Assembly: GCA_951406725.2 (NCBI GenBank)
Contig: OX597823.1
Coordinates: 11,966,001 to 12,030,000, forward strand
Source: Octopus vulgaris
Taxonomy: Eukaryota
DNA: 64,000 nt
Direction: 5' to 3'
This document shows positions 56,183-64,000 of the stretch, one piece after another. The translations under genes were made by a program, and so were the position numbers. Position 1 is the first letter of the stretch. Each line of letters opens with the position of its first letter. A model generated the notes under the pieces. That model was not told the origin of the DNA and searched no databases. It was given only the letters and a program-made list of their open reading frames with translations.

Positions 56183-56422
56183 TGTATGTATGCATATACA
56201 TGCATATATACATATGCATATATATATATATATATAATAAATATAATACACATATATGTATTTGTATTCCTTTCTTTGGACTTTTTCTATATTTATGATG
56301 AAGAGCTTCGCTCGAAACTTGAAATCCACTTTCTTTTCTTTCATTTCCTGAGCGTCAAATAACACTGTACTTGTTTCACGACCTCGCATTGTTGATTTTT
56401 CTTGCTTGTTCTTATTTAGATT

Positions 56423-56467
<45 letters not shown>

Positions 56468-56468
<1 letters not shown>

Positions 56469-56853
56469 TAGCAGTATCGCCCGGCGTTGCTCGGGTTTGT
56501 AAGGGAAATAACTATAAAGCATTTTTAGAGAAATATAGCCAAAAAATAGCAAAAAATGCATTAAAAATGGAAAAAAATTATGGTAATTTTTTTTTAAATC
56601 GTTGACTCATCGTAGACATTTTTAGAGTTACTTCCCTTATATTTAAAAAATATGCATTAAAATGGAAAAAAATCATGGTAAATTATTTTTAAAACCGTAG
56701 ACTCATCGTAGACGCGTGCTAATACCAAGGAAGGCTCGATATGAATCACGACTATTAGATACTCGGTTTTGGTTAAACTGCACCGCAAAATGTGGGAGTA
56801 GTTAGGAATCTAAATCGGAGTAGACAGACACACAACCTTACTTTTATATATAA

Positions 56854-56856
<3 letters not shown>
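56468..56856 (-). mobile_element. Helitron H1 in (TA)n
   Basis: Reverse complement runs TC...hairpin...CTAG. Confidence 0.85.
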
Positions 56857-56892
<36 letters not shown>

Positions 56893-59189
56893 TGTAAAAC
56901 GCAAAATACAAAATATTAGCCATCGTAAAGAATTTCTAACGCTTTTAGACACTGCTTATAAACGAATCAGTGCTGAAAAGCAACGAAAAGTCTATTTTGT
57001 AACCTGAATTCCAAAGAATTTGAAGGTAAAGAACCTTTTCGCTTCACTTCTGCTGTAAATGAGCTAGCGCACACAACTTCCGTATGACTTCCTTTTTTAT
57101 AGATCATATACATTTTCGCTTGCACTAAAACAGTACCAGATCTTAGTGTAATGCTATTATAGTTTTCATTCTATGTGTTCAATACCGAGAGCGGGAGTTC
57201 TATAATAGTATTCTATATTTGAACATCCATGATTAAACACTTTTCTTCCTCAAATTAGCGTATTATCATTTACTGTGATAAAAGGTCTAATCAGATAAAA
57301 GATCAACGCGTTTTTGTAAGATCTATGCATGATCAATTAGTTGTCTACAAAATATTTGCTCGGAAACGATATCGGAAAATATACATCTATCATATCTATG
57401 ACAATATTATAATTATGTTAACATCGTTGTAATTTGTGAAGGTCATTTTGTTAATACTTACACGTTCTGGCTGTAGTTCACTTCAGTTATATCATTAATT
57501 AATCATTGACTATTTTATTGCAAACTTTTCGTCTTACTGCAGCGTACTTTTCAATGATTCTCTATTCTATAATTGATTTTCGTGTTTTCAATGCCATCTC
57601 GATGTGAAAAATATGCTGTGCTCATTTCTGTTTCTACTGCTAATAGAAGATCGTGAGTTTAGGTATATTGTGACTCAGTGTGTATGCACCTATGTAGGTT
57701 AGAACTTGTGTATGTGTGAGTGTGTGTGTATATGTGTGCGTATGTGTTCGTGTATATGTGTGATGGTTAACTTTACTCTTATTTTATCTTTGTTCTTGTG
57801 ATAGTGTGGTGATTGTGGGTAATGTTGTCCGTGTAATATTGTGGTGATTGTAGATGATAATTAATCTATTCATTCCTTCTATTGATGGTATGTAAAGATG
57901 AGAAGCAACTCCCAGTATGCGTACTGCATCTGTAACCTAACGTAGCATCAGATTTTTCGGATGTGTAGAAGAAATTTCTATTACAACATTGTTATTGAGT
58001 CATTGAAAGGCATGTTGTTAAGTGTCTTTTCTACACAGTATTTGTGACAGCTTTCTCCCATATTTTCTCCTGTATATATTGTGGTGGTGTCCTTATACTG
58101 CCCTGTGAACTTAGCAGCACACATCCTAGTTCTGTAGTTTATTTGGGAATTGTTTGCAACCACTCGGTACAGATTTTCTTAAGTGGGTGTGATTTACTTT
58201 TACTGACTTGGTGAATATGACTTTTCTATTACTTCAAATTTTAAGCTTCATTTTGTGTAATGCTTTTAAAAAAGAATTTGTCTTGCATAAATCTGTAGCT
58301 TTGTGGATTAAGAAGAGCAGTTATTTTTAACTGTTGTAGTCCCTGAGATAGTATCCTTACATTGGAAACCTAACCAAAAATTTTGCTAGAAAACTGGACT
58401 TCTACTAAATAATCCCTATAACCAGGTTAAGAGAATAAATTACAGCAGTATATTTCTTAAATATAATATATGCAAGATACACAAATATATAATTTATATA
58501 TCCATTTACAAATATAAACAGAAAATATGTATATTTTTGTTGTTTCGCAGCTGGTTATCGCTAATTAAACAGACCTATGGTACATATGATCGTACACTGC
58601 TAGTCGAGCAGCATATCTGTCTTGTCATGCTACATTTCATTCTGTCTTGCGTGTTTTCTAGTGCCAAACTAGCTGTGTTGATGTTACTACAGCAGAAGAC
58701 TCGGTTCAGGAGAGCTTCTTGTTCGAAAGCAAAATGTCCATTAATTTACGAGATCAAAATAAACTGCTTTAACGTTTTGGCAAAGTAGATATACGCCTCA
58801 TCGTGCAGGATTCAATGCAGCTGGAACGATTGTAAGGTAAGCCACTTATATTTCTGGTATTCTAGTGTCGTTGATGAATAAAACAGCTCACATAAATTTT
58901 CAGGGGAATGGCTTGCTGACAATAATCCTTGTAATGTAATTAAATTTAGTAATTATAACAATTCCGCGTAACGTAAGAGGTCACAATAATTTTCTGCTGA
59001 GTAAGCATCTAACGAAAATCAGTTGATATCGTATCCTTAGTTGATTTACTTGTAAGGATGGTTGGAGTGGTTTAGTTGAATGTTAAATGAACAGCGAATT
59101 TTATGTGAACTAGTAGCTGTCTCTAAAGTCATTTCAATGAGGGATGTGACTGAAATTTGATATTCATATAGTTCTTACAAGCCAATGTA

Positions 59190-59565
59190 GTGGAGGCGCA
59201 ATGGCCCAGTGGTTAGGGCAGCGGACTCGCGGTCGTAGGATCGCGGTTTCGATTCCCAGACCGGGCGTTGTGAGTGTTTATTGAGCGAAAACACCTAAAA
59301 GCTCCACGTGGTGATCCCTGCTGTACCCTTTCACCACAACATTTTCTCACTCTTACTTCCTGTTTCTGTTGTACCTGTATTTCAAAGGGCCGGCCTTGTC
59401 ACTCTCTGTGTCACGCTGAATATCCCCGAGAACTACGTTAAGGGTACACGTGTCTGTGGAGTGCTCAGTCACTTACACGTTAATTTCACGAGCAGGCTGT
59501 TCCGTTGATTCGGATCAACCGGAACCCTCGTCGTCGTAACCGACGGAGTGCTTCCATCCATCCAC
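59190..59565 (+). mobile_element. SINE-C
   Basis: Near-identical to 41605-41993 apart from a short deletion. Confidence 0.82.
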
Positions 59566-60099
59566 AGGCCAATGCTCAGAAAGTGGAATAATGATCTCTT
59601 TTCCATGTATACGCACACAGTCTGTTTTGTCTTCAGCTCACATAGTTTTTCTTTTTCACACATACACATGCATTTATGATTCCACTTGCTTGTAAATTAT
59701 GTATGTATTTGTATTTTACTAACCTCAATGTTGAAGAAAAGGCTTTATTAGGGCAATACTTTCGAGGTATTTAAAACCCTACAAGTTAAGTACAACAGCA
59801 AGGCAAAGAATGCAAACATTGAATAATTTAATAGAGTATCACGTTTCATATTTCCTTTATTTCAACATTGTGATTTCTTTTAAATTGCATTAAAAAGCTA
59901 TAGGAAGAAAGTGGCATTTTTTCCAGCTTTACATTTTGAGTTCAAATTCCGCCGGGGTTGACTTAGCCTTTCATCTCTTCAGAATCGATAAAATAAGTAC
60001 CAGTTGAACACTGGGGGGTGGGTGATATAATTGACATACCCCCTCCTTCGGAATTGCTAGCCTTGTTCCAAAATTTGAAACGATTATTGCTATTTATTA

Positions 60100-60585
60100 T
60101 TTTTCGGGCCTGGGCCTATGGATAACATCCAGAAATCCCTGGCCTGGCAGTGCTATGGGAGAACTCAGCTGGATCGAGACAAGCTCTACAGATATGGAAG
60201 CACTGTCAGACGGACCAGTCCGAGGGATGTGCAGGGCGACGAAACCGTCCCGGTGTCCGTGCATTACTGACTTGTGGAGCTTTGTCGAACAGCTGTTATC
60301 GCGTGTGGGACGGATCCGGTTATCAGCCGAGTCCATCGTGAAGATCGCCTCGCCGCCTTCCTTTGGCCAGAAAGGAAAGGCAGTTTTCCTCTGTCTGGTG
60401 GCTATGGCGAAGGGAGTAGAGTGGTGGACAAGACTGAAAGGACTGATGACAGATACTTTCCTCTTCGACCAAGCCCTCATCGACTTTTTCAAGTTCCACG
60501 TGAAAAGGAATGTGGGGGTAGAGAGGGAAGTACTGCCTCACGAGTAAATTTGTGGAAATTTGGGTGTATGTGGCGAGGATGGTTT
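60100..60585 (+). pseudogene. Tx1/L1-like LINE ORF2 C-terminal relic
   Basis: ORF 60155-60547 includes CPCITDLWSFVEQLLSR and FLCLVAMAK..WW, resembling the region after the zinc knuckle of Tx1 ORF2. Confidence 0.45.
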
Positions 60586-60638
60586 TTCTTCTTCTTCTTC
60601 TTCTTCTTCTTCTTCTTCTTCTTCTTCTTCTTTTTTCT

Positions 60639-60670
<32 letters not shown>

Positions 60671-61040
60671 TTCTTCTTCTTCTTCTTCTTCTTCTTCTTC
60701 TTCTTCTTCTTCTTCTCCTTCTTCTTCTTTTCTTCTTCTTCTTTTCTACTTTTCTTGTTGTTGTTGTTGTTGTTGTTCTTCTTCTTCTTCTTCTTCTTCT
60801 TCTTCTTCTTCTTCTTCTTCTCCGCCTTCTTCTTTTCTTCTTCTTTTCGGATTTTCTTCTTCTTCTTCTCCTTCTCCTTCTTCTTCTTCTTTTCTGCTTT
60901 TCTTGTTCTTCTTCTTTTCTACTTTTCTTGTTCTTGCTCTTCTTCTCCTTCTTCTCCTTCTCCCCCTCCTCCTTCTTCTTCTTCTTCTTCGTCTTCTTCT
61001 TCTTCTTCTTCTTCTTCTTCTTCTTCTTTTTCTCCTTCTC
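60585..61040. repeat. (TTC)n-based microsatellite
   Basis: Direct reading. Confidence 0.95.
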
Positions 61041-61667
61041 ATTATTATTGTAATAAAAGCCTTTTTACAATCTAGTTTACTTCTCTTTTCGCACTAACTT
61101 CAGTTTCCTCTCAGAACCACTGCCTGCCTTCAAATTATTTTTTTCTTCTTCTTGTTGCCGTTCACTTCGAACAACATTTTCATTGGCAAAAAAAAACTTC
61201 CAGATACCATTCCTGCATTATGAAATGTTCCATTGCTTAGCATATTAAAAGTTATCTTTTATTGATTTATGGTATTTGCAACCAAAAAATAATAACGTTT
61301 AAATCACGTTTAGAAATTTTGCAATCCAACCAAGCCTATCCTATTTAAGTACAATATATTCCAGTTATATTGAATCAAATATATAAAGCGAATGGAGAAC
61401 GTGTCGAAATCCAACGCATGTAAATAATCTTCGAGCTGATATATACTTCTAATGACTTAATCAAATAACGGCTTTCACATTGGAAATCAACATACTAAAA
61501 CTACTCACAATTTACTGATTAATTATATAACCATCGTGTATATATATTGGTAAGGCTACACTGAAATACATACGCACACACACACGCACACACATACAGA
61601 TACACACACGCACACAATCGCATGCACACACAGTCACATACCCTCGCATAGTCATCTATATATATCT

Positions 61668-61878
61668 CTTTTACTCTTTTACTCTTTTACTTGTTTCAGT
61701 CATTTGACTGCGGCCATGCTGGAGCACCGCCTTTAGTCGAGCAACTCGACCCCGGGTCTTATTCTTTTGTAAGTCCAGTACATATTCTATCGGCCACTTT
61801 TGCCGAATCGCTAAGTTATGGAGACGTAAACACACCAGCATCGGTTGTCAAGCGATGTTGGTGGGGGGATAAACACAG

Positions 61879-61909
<31 letters not shown>

Positions 61910-62082
61910 CATATATACGACAGGCTTCTTTCAGTTTCCGTCTATCAAATCCACTCACAAGGCTTTGGTCGGCCCGAAGCTATAGTAGAAGGCACTTGTC
62001 CAAGGTGCGACGCAGTGGGACTGAACCCGGAGACATGTAGTTGGTAAGCAAGCTACTTACCACACAGCCACTCCTACGCCTG
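61668..62082 (-). mobile_element. SINE-A
   Basis: Reverse complement of consensus. Confidence 0.88.
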
Positions 62083-62409
62083 TAAATGCATGATAATGAT
62101 GTATATGTACGCGGGTGTATAGATAGGGTTGTTTTTTAGGTATATGCAAGTATGGACGGTTCACCAGTATTAATATGTATGTTTATATGTGTAGACGAGT
62201 GTGTAAGTAGGCGTTTACACGTCCGCACGGACAAGCGCTTGCGAACGCGTATACATTGAATATACACGCAGATATATACAAATTATTATCTGTATATACA
62301 AATTCCATTCGATAGATATACGTAACTTTTTAATAAACCACAACTCTTATATGTTCGACACATATTTATATGTATATGTTTATGTATGTGTGCGTATATT
62401 GGTATACCC

Positions 62410-62633
62410 TACTCTTTTACTCTTTTACTTGTTTCAGTCATTTGACTGCGGCCATGCTGGAGCACCGCCTTTAATCGAGCAACTCGACCCCGGGACTTAT
62501 TCTTTTGTAAGCCCTGTACTTATTCTATCGGTCTCTTTTGCCGAACCGCTAAGTAACGGGGACATAAACACACCAGTATCGGTTGTCAAGCAATGCTAGG
62601 GGGACAAACACAGACACACAAACAACACACACA

Positions 62634-62673
<40 letters not shown>

Positions 62674-62843
62674 TACGACGGGGCTTCTTTCAGTTTCCGT
62701 CTACCAAATCCACTCACAAGGCATTGGTCGGCCCGAGGCTATAGTTTAAGGACACTTGCCCAAGGTGCCAGGCAGTGGGACTGAACCCGGAACCATGTGG
62801 TTGTTAAGCAAGCTACTTACCACACAGCCACTCCTGCGCCTAT

Positions 62844-62936
<93 letters not shown>

Positions 62937-63102
62937 CGACGGGCTTCTTTCAGTTTCCGTCTACCAAATCCACTCACAAGGCTTTGGTCGGCTCGTGGGG
63001 CTATAGTTTAAAGACACTTGCCCAAGGTGCCACGCAGTGGGACTGAACCCGGAACCATGTGGTTGGTAAACAAGCTACTTACCACACAGCCACTCCTGCG
63101 CC
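62410..63102 (-). mobile_element. SINE-A with duplicated 5' half
   Basis: Full copy 62410-62842 plus a second head at 62935-63102. Confidence 0.85.
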
Positions 63103-63135
63103 TATATCTATCTTTACAAACGTATGTGTCTGTGA

Positions 63136-63175
<40 letters not shown>

Positions 63176-63359
63176 ATTTACTGAACTATTCCCGTTTTTA
63201 TGCTTTTCTTCTTGGTTTTGATTACTTTCTTGTTTATTGTGATAATGTCTAATAGCTTAGCGAGGCATAAATTTTCTCTTTCAATGCATTCTCAATCGTT
63301 CGGGCTGAGGTCGTCGACTTCTATTTTATAATATATATACATGCGTGCACACATACTTA

Positions 63360-64000
63360 TCTACATACATACATACATACATACATACATACACACATGT
63401 GTACATACATACATACATACATGTGTACATACATACATACATACATACATACATACATACATACATACATACATACATACACACATAGATACGCACATAC
63501 TCATACAAACATGTGTACATACATATATACATACATTCATACATACATACATACATACATACATACATACATACATACATACACACCCACACACATACTC
63601 ACACAAACACGTTACATCCATGCATGCATGAATCCATCCATCCATTTATCCGTCCATACATACATACATACATACATACATACATACATACATACATACA
63701 TACATACATACATACATACACACACACTCACACACACACGTGTGTACATCCATCCATCCATATATATATATATACACATACACTCACACACACGTGTGTG
63801 TCCATACATACATTCATAAATACACACATACATACATACAAACATACATACATACATACATACATACATACATACATACATACATGCATACATACATACA
63901 TACATACATACATACATACATACATACATACATACATACATACACACATACATACATACATACATACATACATACATACATACATACATACATACATGTA
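63360..64000. repeat. (CATA)n microsatellite field
   Basis: Direct reading. Confidence 0.95.

Noticed and set aside
57981-58163. IYTGEN peptide resembling a C2H2 linker
   Set aside because: No Cys/His spacing of a zinc finger around it.

Overview
AT-rich eukaryotic DNA, intergenic or intronic, made almost entirely of transposable elements and microsatellites. The repeat set (tRNA-derived SINEs, very dense (TA)n/(CA)n) suggests an octopus-type cephalopod; this is inference. No host protein-coding gene is supportable, and nearly all ORFs in the supplied track are microsatellite artefacts. Recognisable coding sequence is all TE-derived: a CR1-group LINE ORF2 (APE endonuclease + RT, about 29.2-32.4 kb) split by one 1-bp frameshift, plus relics of CR1, RTE, R4/Dong-like and Tx1-like LINEs and an internally deleted mariner. 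Three or four SINE families are present, and the dominant one shares its 3' tail with the CR1 LINE. Non-autonomous Helitrons are common, including a head-to-tail run of up to three nested in a pogo/Tigger-like MITE. The most interesting signal is a set of about ten short non-coding elements in (TA)n tracts that carry hammerhead ribozyme motifs (CUGANGA...GAAA...NUH, palindromic stem III), often as fold-backs. They resemble Penelope-like pseudo-LTR remnants. They include a near-canonical copy (32778-32828), a loopless dimer-type copy (17610-17644), a long-stem-II copy (5228-5324) and a family with a substituted core. All calls were made by eye, boundaries are approximate, and no database searches were run.
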